Below, piece by piece: positions 37,350 to 47,327 of a stretch of 64,000 bases of DNA. This DNA comes from an uncultured virus (IMG/VR IMGVR_UViG_2061766007_000738) (taxonomy: Duplodnaviria > Heunggongvirae > Uroviricota > Caudoviricetes). The notes under the pieces are model-generated. The model made no database searches. It had not been told where the DNA came from and saw only the letters and a program-made list of their open reading frames with translations. Position numbers and translations under genes: made by a program. Numbering within the stretch: position 1 is the stretch's first letter; each line of letters starts with the position of its first letter. The stretch lies in IMG/VR virus record IMGVR_UViG_2061766007_000738. One strand, 5' to 3'.

Positions 37350-37492
37350 AGTAGTAATCCTAGAAAGTGTTATTTGTGTTCTTACGCGAATATAAACACT
37401 ACCTCTATATTAAGGAAGGGGTGTGGGGGAACCATTCCGTTTACCTATTTGTTTACCTCTGGCTGAACATTTTAGTTTTTATCCAAAAACGC

Positions 37493-37521
37493 TTGACAAC
37501 CCACACTTTCAGCGCTATATT
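37493..37521 (+). promoter_or_regulatory. Sigma70-type promoter of the second tnpB (probably leaderless)
   Basis: TTGACA-17 bp-TATATT; ATG at 37529. Confidence 0.75.
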
Positions 37522-37528
37522 CTTACTC

Positions 37529-38731
37529 ATGCAGCGCCTAATTTATCGATCAGCCAAATTCCGGGTATACCCCAGTAAACAGCAGGACGCACACCTTCGT
37601 CATCTGTTGGAGGTGGGTTGCACTGTTCACAATTTGTGCCTGTACCGTCTGCGGAAACAGTTGGCGCGTGATAAATGTGTTCTGCCGCTAGAAAATTCTA
37701 AACGCTGGTCGAAAAAGAAACACTTCCAACAATACTACCAGCAATTGCCGACGTGGTTTCAAACGGGTGTTATCCGTGCTGCCGACCGTCAGTTTTTCGC
37801 CACACTGCGTGATGGTGTGCCGCACTTTCGTCCGAAGGTTCCCACACGCTACCACTCCATAGACATCAGCGCCGGTTTTCCGATTATCGGTGGCAAGCGC
37901 CTATACATCGGGGCTTTTGGTGGTCTGCGCATTAAACCGCACCGACCGCTCCCCAAAGACTGTCAGATCTATCAACAAACACTTTCTTTGGATGGCTCCG
38001 GACGCTGGTTCTACTTAGTTCGCTACTCTACCGTAATAGACATCCCTGAAAATACCGGGACTGCGGCTGTTGGCGTCGATGTCGGTTGCAGAACGTACGT
38101 CACTCTAAGTACCGGGGAAGCATTTGAGCACCCGCACTTTGGCAACAGCGTTCGCGAACGTATGCACGCACTGCATCGAGTACTCAAACACTCCTCCCCG
38201 GATAGCGCACGCTATCGTGTTGCCGATATAGAACTTCAGCGTATAGTGACCCGCCTGAAGGATCGGCAAAAGAACTTCATGCACCAACTCAGCCGACAGC
38301 TGGTGGACCGCTTCGACGTCATATGTGTTGAAGACTTGGACGTCAAGCGCATGTTGCAAAAAACTCGAACCAATTCTAAGCTATTCGACACAATCTTGGA
38401 CAGTCAATGGTCCACGTTCATCTCGATGCTGACTTACAAGGCTGAGAGTGCTGGTAAGAAAGTTATCCGAGTTCCGGCGTACCACACATCAAATCTCTGT
38501 TCGGGTTGTGGGGCAATGGTTGAGAAGACCCTGTCCGATCGTACCCACGTTTGTCCTCATTGCGGGTTGATACTGGACAGGGATCATAATGCAGCGTTAA
38601 ATATTTTGAAGCGAGGAACTCGCCAGGATACGGCCGTATCCGAAGTTGTACCCACAACAGTTCACAGAAGTGTAATTTCCTCAGCTCCCGATTCCACCAC
38701 GACTACAGAAGTAACTTACCTCTCCAAATAG
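37529..38731 (+). CDS. tnpB: Divergent TnpB-family nuclease without a recognisable IS left end
   Basis: KFRVYPSKQQ; RuvC VGVDVG, CVEDL, DRDHNAALNI; zinc finger CSGCG...CPHCG. Confidence 0.9.
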   Translation: MQRLIYRSAKFRVYPSKQQDAHLRHLLEVGCTVHNLCLYRLRKQLARDKCVLPLENSKRWSKKKHFQQYYQQLPTWFQTGVIRAADRQFFATLRDGVPHFRPKVPTRYHSIDISAGFPIIGGKRLYIGAFGGLRIKPHRPLPKDCQIYQQTLSLDGSGRWFYLVRYSTVIDIPENTGTAAVGVDVGCRTYVTLSTGEAFEHPHFGNSVRERMHALHRVLKHSSPDSARYRVADIELQRIVTRLKDRQKNFMHQLSRQLVDRFDVICVEDLDVKRMLQKTRTNSKLFDTILDSQWSTFISMLTYKAESAGKKVIRVPAYHTSNLCSGCGAMVEKTLSDRTHVCPHCGLILDRDHNAALNILKRGTRQDTAVSEVVPTTVHRSVISSAPDSTTTTEVTYLSK

Positions 38732-39225
38732 AACCGCGGTATCGATTCATTCACCAGACAGGCACTCAGTGAATCCCCTCCACCCAGTCGTTGCTGCATA
38801 TCGAGGGCGCGCTTCTGAATGACGCCGGACTTTTCCGTAAGCGTATATTCCAATTTCGCCCCATTCAGCACATCGGTAAGCCCATTCTGCTTCAGAACTT
38901 CACAGACCTTGGCAAAGGTTTCCCGTGGCATCTGCAGTTTGAAGTACCGCGCCACTTCCGGCAGCCTGCCTTGGTCGATAGCTTCGTTCAGTGCTTCGGA
39001 CTTCTCGCATGCCTTCTCATTCAATTTGATGCGTTCATCCCGTCTGACCTTCAGCTTGTGCTTGAAGCCTTCGAGATGCTTATCCCCCGGCATGTTCAGC
39101 AGATCAGGGAGTCCTTCTATGAGGGTCTGCCGGAATTCTTCCTTCTGCGCGGTCATAGCCTTCTCGGCGTCTGCGGCTTCCCAATACTGATCCACCACCT
39201 TCTTCAGTTCATCATTCAAATCCAT
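38716..39225 (-). CDS. Hypothetical phage protein
   Basis: 169 aa ORF after AAAGGA. Confidence 0.7.
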   Translation of the reverse strand: MDLNDELKKVVDQYWEAADAEKAMTAQKEEFRQTLIEGLPDLLNMPGDKHLEGFKHKLKVRRDERIKLNEKACEKSEALNEAIDQGRLPEVARYFKLQMPRETFAKVCEVLKQNGLTDVLNGAKLEYTLTEKSGVIQKRALDMQQRLGGGDSLSACLVNESIPRFYLER

Positions 39226-39242
39226 TTATCGATCCTTTCAAA

Positions 39243-39320
39243 GAAAAAAACTCCCGCAGACCGGTACCAACTGAGTAGAAACGGAAATATATAATTAACT
39301 CAGCCCAGTCTGCGGGAGTC
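39243..39320 (-). terminator. Terminator/attenuator-like hairpin
   Basis: 12 bp stem ACTCCCGCAGAC/GTCTGCGGGAGT, inner CTGAGT/ACTCAG, T-tract on the minus strand. Confidence 0.55.
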
Positions 39321-40253
39321 ACTAAAATTTTTACCGGATTCGGGCCTCTCATCGCGAAAGCAAGTTCGGCAGGGTCATCATACCCGTTTAGTTCCGATCG
39401 CGCTCAGAGAGCCCTTTCCGGCGATTTCAATCTCCATTCTCAAGTTTCTCGATGATCGTACAGATCACTGCGACGATCACACAAAACAACAACCCATCCG
39501 TGAACACGTCACCACCTCCGATGTCTGCGACGGTGGTAGTGGCGATGTCGTCCGTGGCTGTCGTCTTCTGTGAAGAAACTTCCGGCAAGATAGGCGAACA
39601 GCCCGATCAAAAACAGCGCGAATCCCATGGTTCACCCAAAGAACTGACTGAGAATCGACACTGTCGCCACTGCGAAGAAACTGAGAATAAAGCACCACAC
39701 GATTATCTCGAGTACGATCACAATACACCTCCGCGCTGTGAATAAGTGAGGTAACCGGAAAGATACGGTGTCTTCTTTCTCGGTGCAAATCCACAGGGAG
39801 GTTTCATCTTTTTCATTTCTCAAAACTGTGCATACGCTGCTCTCCAAAATTTTTTGTTGATTTTTAGCTTCGAGGTCTTGACATGGTTGACTTGACGTGA
39901 TATATTGATACTCGAAAGGAGTACCGGATGGACACCGACCAGCGGACATCACGCAAGCCTTTTCAGGCCAAGACACGTTTCATGAGGGACTTGCGCAGTT
40001 CCCTGAGTCACCACTATACACTCGGGGAGCTGTGGTCNNNNNNNNNNNNNACCGTCCGCCGTAGTCAGAGCAGTCCTCATCGACCTTTTGAACTCGCAGG
40101 GTTGGAAAGTCGACACCCGTGACTTTATCCGAAGTACCGCGGCTTCGAACCATCCCCTGTTTATCAATCTCAGGCTGTTGCGCCACAGCCTGGATCGAGA
40201 TACCTTGGAACTAACGTTTTTCGACGACCGGCACTACAAGAAAGGACATTCCA

Positions 40254-40908
40254 ATGCCGACCAAAAAGTCTAAGTCACAAACGGTAAAAGGCGAACCGCC
40301 TAAAAGGAAACTCACTGACGCCGAGATTGAAAAGATCAAAGCAATAGAAGAGGCTGAGAGACTCGAGAAGTTGCCCCCGCACGAAAGATTGCGGGAAATG
40401 GCAAAACGCAGAGTCGACTATGCCGATTCACTTATGCAGGTGACCTTTCCTACACTCAAGGCGATCAAACACGTCAATGGCGTCATCATGGTCATTGCCG
40501 ACAATACCGCCGCCATGAAGCAGGCCATAANNNNNNNNNNNNNNNNNNNNNNNNGCTTCTCATGCCGATGTAATGGCAGAGGCGGAGCGACGAAGAAACA
40601 AGACCACGCTGATGAGCGTGCGTACCTTTAAGCGGAACTTGTTGAATACTCTTCAGCTCTGCAATGGACGCGCCGAGATGTTCGGAGCGGGCACCGGAGG
40701 TGGTCAGCTGAAGGACATATACAACGAGGGTGTCGCCGCCATTCGGGAGGCCGAGAAGTTTTGGGCAAAAGAGAACAAGAACCTGACCAAGGAAGTCAAA
40801 GACTTCATGAATGGCGCGGGTGTCACTAATGACGAGTCCTCCTTTGCGCTTATTCTCGGGCCCGATTGGAAGCACAGCAACTTCCTTGATTCTGAAACCA
40901 AGAAATTG
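40254..40908 (+). CDS. Hypothetical protein (gap-split)
   Basis: MPTKKSK... continuing as ...MAEAERRRNK...; AAGGA upstream. Confidence 0.6.
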
Positions 40909-41001
40909 NNNNNNNNNNNNNNNNNNNNNNNNNNNNNNNNNNNNNNNNNNNNNNNNNNNNNNNNNNNNNNNNNNNNNNNNNNNNNNNNNNNNNNNNNNNN
41001 T

Positions 41002-42013
41002 CCGCGGAATGTTTCATTTCCTTATTGACCCGTTTCCGCAGACCTGTGACGGTCTTGGCGAGAAACTTCAGATCCTTGACTACTCCTTCGAGCGGGTTGT
41101 TGGGGATCTCAGCGAGCTGACGAAGGGTGTCCTCGAACACGTCGTCGATCGTGGGTTCGACAGCGTTTTCGGGCTGTTTCGGAGTCTCGTTTTCCACGTT
41201 TTCCGGCGCTTTTTCCGTCGTTTTGTCACATTTTTCCAGCGCCTCTTTAGCCTGTTCGATCGCCTTGACGACAGTCGTCGGCTTCTCGACTTCCGCGGGC
41301 TCAATCTTTTCCACCGTAGTGACTTCGGGCTGAGTAGCCTCTTCGACGACTTCGGNNNNNNNNNNNNNNNNNNNNNNNNNNNNNNNNNNNNNNNNNNNNN
41401 NNNNNNNNNNNNNNNNNNNNNNNNNNNNNNNNNNNNNNNNNNNNNNNNNNACGAGATCACGCCGCCGTAGGCGCTGTGGTTGAAAGCAACAACCGCTTGC
41501 GAACCGGATATCCATTCGAGGTTGATGATATCCGCGTTCAGTATCAGCTGTGCCACGCACGGCGTCAGAAAGAATCCGACGACGATACCTTGATCGGGGA
41601 TTCCTTCTTTGCTGGCGACGGTCAATCCATCGTGATTGATTACTACCGACGCCTTGCCGTCCGTGTACCCCAACACCCGTTTCGACCAGTTGATCCTTTT
41701 GAGATCTCCAGTGTCGATCTTTCCAGGGGCTGCCCATTTGTATTGGTTGAGCAGCTTCTCGGCGTTGAGCATCCCCAACTTGAGGTCATCGACCGGGTAA
41801 TTGTCTTTGCCCTCNNNNNNNNNNNNNNNNNACCGCGCCTTTTACAAAATGTTCCATGCCTTTGCTCGGGCAACATTCCCAAAGGTGCACACCACCCCAG
41901 CAAAAACCTCTACGGGCGACTTCACCCGTATCTAAAAAATATTGAGTGGCAGTGGTGTCTTCACTGCCGAACTCATTCAAGCTTTCGGCGAAGCATGCCA
42001 ATACATTAAACAT
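41002..42013 (-). CDS. Hypothetical protein with low-complexity E/P/K region (gap-split; stop probably in gap)
   Basis: Joined ORF fragments. Confidence 0.5.
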
Positions 42014-42227
42014 GCTTAGCCTCCAGCAACTTCTTCAGCGCATTGCGCCAAGCGTTGACGCAATCGTCCTGATGCTTTTGAATCTTTTCTTTTTGACTCA
42101 TTTTAAGAGTATCCCCATAAACAGGTTTGCGAGGTAGATTCCGAAACAGAACGCCGCGATGCCCAGCGACAACAGCATTCCGATTTTGGTTACTTGCTCG
42201 AGCTTGGTTAACATTTCCTTGTCCATT

Positions 42228-43018
42228 TCAATCCTCCTTCTGGAGACAGTCCACCAGATAGTATCTTGTTCCGTTGATCTCGCGGCTCTTCGATCCGTAA
42301 CGATCTCTAATCATTTCCACCTTTTTGGGGTCTGGATGGAATTGATCGAACCACTGCCGTGTTCTGCTCCAGATGAGATCATTCTCGTGGACACAAAACA
42401 CAGTATTGGCGGATCCCAACGCACATCGATCGTCTTTGTTGGGTACATGACGCGTCTCCACCCACCACAGTGCGAAGTTGCGAAGCTCGTCCATGTTCAC
42501 AAACCCGATCCTACCGAGTCTGTAGCTGTGGAGTTGCCCCAACACTATTGCATGATAGACCCGCTGACGTACCGCGGAGTCGGTGACGTTTATGTACCAC
42601 TCCACAGGCATAAATTTTTGCACAGCAGGGTCGTTGACCTTCTCGATCGCCACACGACACGCTTTGAGGTCTTTTGATCTNNNNNNNNNNNNNNNNNNGG
42701 GCGATATAGATCAAGGAAGTCGGGATCGAACCCCTCGGTGGAGATGCGTGCGGGTTTAACTTCGACAATCGGCAACTTCCCGCTTTTTAGCGCACTTCTC
42801 ATCGTTGACATACACACTTTGGTACGCGCAACAAGTTCCGCTACCGAAATAGTGCTGTCGATCTCGGGTGTCTCGCAATCTTCCTGCAAACCCTCTTCTG
42901 GATGCAGTGTGATTATCTTTTTGGGTTCTTCTTCTCCCGCGGCTTTTTCCTTAAGCGCCGCGTCGGCGTTGAGCCAACGCGTGAATGCTGTAAGGAGCTC
43001 CTCTAACTCTTTGGTCAT
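42228..43018 (-). CDS. Putative DNA-binding protein (gap-split)
   Basis: HTH-like ISVAELVARTKVCMSTMRSALKSGKL. Confidence 0.45.
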
Positions 43019-43725
43019 CTGATTTCCTCCAAGATTTTCAGTGCTTTGTCGATGGTGTTGAGCGCATCGGTCAAATCTTCGATCGCCGCTTCGCGGTCTC
43101 GAATGGAGCGCTTGCTTTGCAGAAAACGCACCACCGCGACATCATCGATCAGCGGCATCGTCGATTTGTATTGGATCCGCCGAAGNNNNNNNNNNNNNNN
43201 NNNNNNNNNNNNNNNNNNNNNNNNNNNNNNNNNNNNNNNCTCCCGCGAAAGCAAGGGCTCCCGCGGGATCTCCCTCGAATTTGCGTTTTACGTCACGCAA
43301 GCACATTTCGATGTATAGCATACTAACACCACAAAACGAAGGTTAACAACACCACAAGCGTCACCAACATCGCCATCATAGCGAAAGTCCTCCAGAATTC
43401 TTTCATTCCGTGATCCCCCAATACTTGCGGAAGCCCCAAAGGTAGCAATCGTAAGCTTTCTGCTGGTTTCCGGCGATTTCGTAGACGCTTCCGACGATGT
43501 CGGCACCAATTCTCATCAAAGTCTTCATTTTTGTTCCTTTCTTTTGTTTATGCTGTGGCGCAACGTGCGCCTACTTGTTGAAGTATTCGTCCCAAGCGTC
43601 CTGTTCCTGCTTCCATGTCCGCCAGAATCCGTAGATGAAGCTCAGACAGACAACGAAGAGAACGATTCCACCGACCAGCACAAGTTTCCAGATCATGTCG
43701 TGCTCTTTTTAGTTTTTGATGATTT

Positions 43726-44295
43726 CTATGTTGTGTTTAGTTTTCGAACTGGTTGCCGAACTCCGAGAGAATCTTCAATTGTTCCCGTCGCTCGCTTCCC
43801 CGAGCGGTCGCCCACGCTGCGGTCCACGTAACGTTCCTCGTGGCGGCATACGCCACAGCACACGCGGCCGCACGNNNNNNNNNNNNNNNNNNNNNNNNNN
43901 NNNNNNNNNNNNNNNNNNNNNNNNNNNNNNNNNNNNNNNNNNNNNNNNNNNNNNNNNNNNNNNNNNNNNNNNNNNNNNNNNNNNNNNNNNNNNNNNNCGC
44001 CGTTGGAGTAGCGTTCCGCTACGTCCAACGCGTCAAGGCTACGCTTGTCCTTCATCAAGTGCTGCACTCGCCGTGCGCACTTGACTGCGAAGAGACGCAA
44101 GTCGCGATCGCTCATCACGCCAGGTCGCGTTGCGACCCAAATCGCCCACTCCGCGCTGTGATCACCGGCTTCGCCGCTGAGAAGCGATGAGTAGCAGTCG
44201 CGCATGGTCTTAAACTTCCGCGCGAACCGCGCACCTTCAGCACATGCACGAAACTTGTGACAAAAAGCTTCGGTAGTCGTGTTTTCCATTTCCAT
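43726..44295 (-). CDS. Phage protein with Ala-rich repeat region
   Basis: DLRLFAVKCARRV...ALDVAERY followed by AAYA-type repeats. Confidence 0.6.
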   Translation of the reverse strand: MEMENTTTEAFCHKFRACAEGARFARKFKTMRDCYSSLLSGEAGDHSAEWAIWVATRPGVMSDRDLRLFAVKCARRVQHLMKDKRSLDALDVAERYSNGXXXXXXXXXXXXXXXXXXXXXXXXXXXXXXXXXXXXXXXXXXCGRVCCGVCRHEERYVDRSVGDRSGKRATGTIEDSLGVRQPVRKLNTT

Positions 44296-44305
44296 TCCTT
44301 TCTGT

Positions 44306-44773
44306 TTAGCCTTTGATCGGCAGATGTTCATACCGCTTCAATAGGTCATCGAGGTGTTCTTTCTGATTGCGAATTCTCTCGCGAGCAGCGTCGAAGACTT
44401 TCTGAAGTTCGTCGAACATCCGGTCTTTGATTTTCGTGCGTTTGCCAAAGTCGTCATCCAGCGGGTTATTTCCGGTATATCCGAAGGTTCCGCGAATGAG
44501 GATTATGGTCTGATTGTGGATCTTGTCCAGGGTTTTGAATACCTCGACATCTTGCGGCAACTTGTCCATGAGTACCGCGGCATGCCCGCGGTTTTCGTTC
44601 TCATACTCGATGCCGCGCTTCCCTTCGCGATAGCAGCTGTAACGAAGCTTCCACCACTTCGTAGTTTCAAGCTGTTCGTAGATCAGCGTCTCCGTGTCGA
44701 TGTCACCGGTCGGCAGATCATTTTCGTCGAGGTAGCAGATGTACTTGATTACTCTTTTGAATTCCATTTTCAA
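44306..44773 (-). CDS. Hypothetical phage protein
   Basis: ORF after AAAGGA. Confidence 0.65.
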   Translation of the reverse strand: MKMEFKRVIKYICYLDENDLPTGDIDTETLIYEQLETTKWWKLRYSCYREGKRGIEYENENRGHAAVLMDKLPQDVEVFKTLDKIHNQTIILIRGTFGYTGNNPLDDDFGKRTKIKDRMFDELQKVFDAARERIRNQKEHLDDLLKRYEHLPIKG

Positions 44774-44795
44774 TTCCTTTCAGTTTAGTTGTTGT

Positions 44796-44846
44796 TGTTT
44801 CGGCTAACGTTGCCTCATCAGCCGCACGGGATGGCCGTGCAGGACA
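44796..44846 (-). ncRNA. Type III hammerhead ribozyme
   Basis: UGUC / stem I CUGCACGG-CCAUC-CCGUGCGG / CUGAUGA / stem II GGC-AACGUUA-GCC / GAAACA. Confidence 0.78.
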
Positions 44847-44882
44847 GTGAGCAGTTTTCCGACAATGCTCAGGTCGCCCCCG

Positions 44883-45647
44883 CTAACAACCGAAGTCCAA
44901 GACCCCGTGCGTCTCGTTCCAAAGCTGGATTACGGCCTGCCGGCCTTTTTCGGTCCACTTGAGGTGTTCCCTCGTGCGGACTTCCTTGGTGTAGGGATCG
45001 GCGACATACGCATTGATCTGGTAGTCGCAAAGCCCCTTGCCGCAGATCTTGGAGGTCGGATAGTAGATCCGACCTTGCTTGTATATCCAATCTTGGGATA
45101 TCAAGAAGTCGTTGAGTTTCTGCGCCGAAACTCCGAGATGAACCCCGATTGACTTCACCGTGTGGAGATTCGTCGATGAAAGAACCTTCTCGGTGTACTC
45201 AGCCGCGGGTTTCAACTCGGCGATCTGCTTGTGAGCATTCTCCAGTCTCAGCTTGTAGTCGCTGATCGTGGCGTCGGCTACCTTTAGCGCCTTTGCCATG
45301 ATAACTTCCGGGGGATCTTCCGGCTTGGCAGCGATATATCNNNNNNNNNNNNNNNNNNNNNNNNNNNNNNNNNNNNNNNNNTCCGGTAGACGGCTTGCGC
45401 AAATCAGCCTGAGAAGATCGGATTCAGAAATGATTCGCGCTTCCTGAGTGCGACCGAGGTTGTCGATGATGGGGTAGTGCCGCGCTACCCCACGGCAGTG
45501 TCGCTTGACTGCATCGGTAGCGTTGGCATAACCAAGACGGTCGCAGACGTCTTTAGCCACCCAGAAGGTTTCTTTGTTTTCGTCCGTGACCGTTCTCACG
45601 GGTTGACCGTCGAATTGGAAGAGCTCCATTTCGTTGTTGTTTGCCAT
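44883..45647 (-). CDS. Phage antirepressor (BRO-N + KilA-C/ANT)
   Basis: FQFDGQPVRTV..WVAKDVCDRLGY; C-terminal SAQKLN..L...KWTEKGR. Confidence 0.9.
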   Translation of the reverse strand: MANNNEMELFQFDGQPVRTVTDENKETFWVAKDVCDRLGYANATDAVKRHCRGVARHYPIIDNLGRTQEARIISESDLLRLICASRLPXXXXXXXXXXXXXXXYIAAKPEDPPEVIMAKALKVADATISDYKLRLENAHKQIAELKPAAEYTEKVLSSTNLHTVKSIGVHLGVSAQKLNDFLISQDWIYKQGRIYYPTSKICGKGLCDYQINAYVADPYTKEVRTREHLKWTEKGRQAVIQLWNETHGVLDFGC

Positions 45648-45812
45648 TTTTCCATTCCTCTGTTAGGTTAATTGTTGTTGATGCGTGCAACCAAGTAGCG
45701 CCCACAAAGAACGCCAATTTGATTGCCAATGATTGCAGCACCCAATGCGAGTGCCACTTCGGTAAAGAGTTGCGTCATAAGGCAACCCTCCTATGTTAAG
45801 CACGCCTAAACA

Positions 45813-45853
45813 AAAATCCCGTAGTGGCTGCGTGCATTAACCACTACGGGATG
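45813..45853 (-). terminator. Terminator-like hairpin with potential loop pseudoknot (copy 1)
   Basis: ATCCCGTAGTGG-TTAATGCACGCAG-CCACTACGGGAT-TTTT. Confidence 0.65.
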
Positions 45854-45863
45854 TCTTTTTAAT

Positions 45864-45933
45864 TGGTGGAGCTGCCCGGTTTGACTCGGGGTGTAGCGAT
45901 CAAACGATCACTATCGAAAACTATTTCGACCCC
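45864..45933 (-). ncRNA. Miniature tmRNA tRNA-like-domain-like RNA (70 nt)
   Basis: 5' GGGGUCGAAAUAGUUUUCGA, 8 bp hairpin, degenerate T arm, 3' CAGCUCCACCA with G3-U70. Confidence 0.55.
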
Positions 45934-46358
45934 GCGGCTTCGTCCTTCAGAATACTTTCGACGTAGCGTACGACGCGCTCGTACTCGCGGCCTGATGTTT
46001 CGCTGTCCCGGTATGCCTTGGCAATTAGCTCTTCGCCCGTGCCGTAGAAACAGCCGACGCGCCACATGTTATTGGAACGTGTCCAGGTGAAATACCGTCC
46101 GCTGCTCCACCAATTTTTGAAAACGATGTAATCACGTATTCCGGCGACCCGCGCGTCGCCACAGACCTGCGCATCACCGTAAACAGCTGCATTACCGTAG
46201 ACCCACGCGTCGTCGGAGAGGTTGCTTTCCTGTTCGACCCAGCCGCCGCGATCGNNNNNNNNNNNNNNNNNNNNNNNNNNNNNNNNNNNNNNNATGATCC
46301 GATGCAGGATGTGCCCACCGACGCACAGCGTATCGTCCGTAAATTCAAATGTTTTCAT
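45921..46358 (-). CDS. Phage protein with VYGNA-type hexapeptide repeats
   Basis: GGWVEQESNLSDDAWVYGNAAVYGDAQVCGDARV; VGCFYGT. Confidence 0.8.
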   Translation of the reverse strand: MKTFEFTDDTLCVGGHILHRIXXXXXXXXXXXXXXDRGGWVEQESNLSDDAWVYGNAAVYGDAQVCGDARVAGIRDYIVFKNWWSSGRYFTWTRSNNMWRVGCFYGTGEELIAKAYRDSETSGREYERVVRYVESILKDEAAGSK

Positions 46359-46388
46359 TGGTTTTTCCTTTGGTTATTTTGGTTATTT

Positions 46389-46457
46389 TGGTGGATCTGC
46401 GGGGAGTCGAATCCCGCCGCAGAAAACTGCACTTCGGCTTTAATTTCCGCGGAAACC
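46389..46457 (-). ncRNA. Second miniature tmRNA/tRNA-like RNA (5' end in gap)
   Basis: GGUUUC, 9 bp stem CCGCGGAAA/UUUCUGCGG, CGGGAUUCGACUCCCCG T arm, CAGAUCCACCA. Confidence 0.55.
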
Positions 46458-47280
46458 NNNNNNNNNNNNNNNNNNNNNNNNNNNNNNNNNNNNNNNNNNN
46501 NNNNNNNNNNNNNNNNNNNNNNNNNNNNNNNNNNNNNNNNNNNNNNNNNNNNNNNNNNNNNNNNNNNNNNNNNNNNNNNNNNNNNNNNNNNNNNNNNNNN
46601 NNNNNNNNNNNNNNNNNNNNNNNNNNNNNNNNNNNNNNNNNNNNNNNNNNNNNNNNNNNNNNNNNNNNNNNNNNNNNNNNNNNNNNNNNNNNNNNNNNNN
46701 NNNNNNNNNNNNNNNNNNNNNNNNNNNNNNNNNNNNNNNNNNNNNNNNNNNNNNNNNNNNNNNNNNNNNNNNNNNNNNNNNNNNNNNNNNNNNNNNNNNN
46801 NNNNNNNNNNNNNNNNNNNNNNNNNNNNNNNNNNNNNNNNNNNNNNNNNNNNNNNNNNNNNNNNNNNNNNNNNNNNNNNNNNNNNNNNNNNNNNNNNNNN
46901 NNNNNNNNNNNNNNNNNNNNNNNNNNNNNNNNNNNNNNNNNNNNNNNNNNNNNNNNNNNNNNNNNNNNNNNNNNNNNNNNNNNNNNNNNNNNNNNNNNNN
47001 NNNNNNNNNNNNNNNNNNNNNNNNNNNNNNNNNNNNNNNNNNNNNNNNNNNNNNNNNNNNNNNNNNNNNNNNNNNNNNNNNNNNNNNNNNNNNNNNNNNN
47101 NNNNNNNNNNNNNNNNNNNNNNNNNNNNNNNNNNNNNNNNNNNNNNNNNNNNNNNNNNNNNNNNNNNNNNNNNNNNNNNNNNNNNNNNNNNNNNNNNAGC
47201 CGCCCACCAACGCCGCGCTGAGGATAATCAGCACTTCGATGATTTGAGCTGTCATCTCAAACCTCGTATGTTGCGCGCAC

Positions 47281-47327
47281 AAAAGAAAACCCCGTAGGAC
47301 TTGTGCGCATTAAGTCCTGCGGGGTTG
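47281..47327 (-). terminator. Terminator-like hairpin with potential loop pseudoknot (copy 2)
   Basis: AACCCCGCAGGACT-TAATGCGCACA-AGTCCTACGGGGTT-TTCTTTT. Confidence 0.65.

Noticed and set aside
38660..38716. ACAGAAGT repeated about 40 nt apart after the second tnpB, as a possible mini-CRISPR
   Set aside because: Only an 8 nt match in two copies; no CRISPR array is supportable anywhere in the window.
46458..47198. Long ORFs spanning large N runs (also 28651-28988, 36776-36976, 55918-56358)
   Set aside because: Artefacts of translating N; content unknown.
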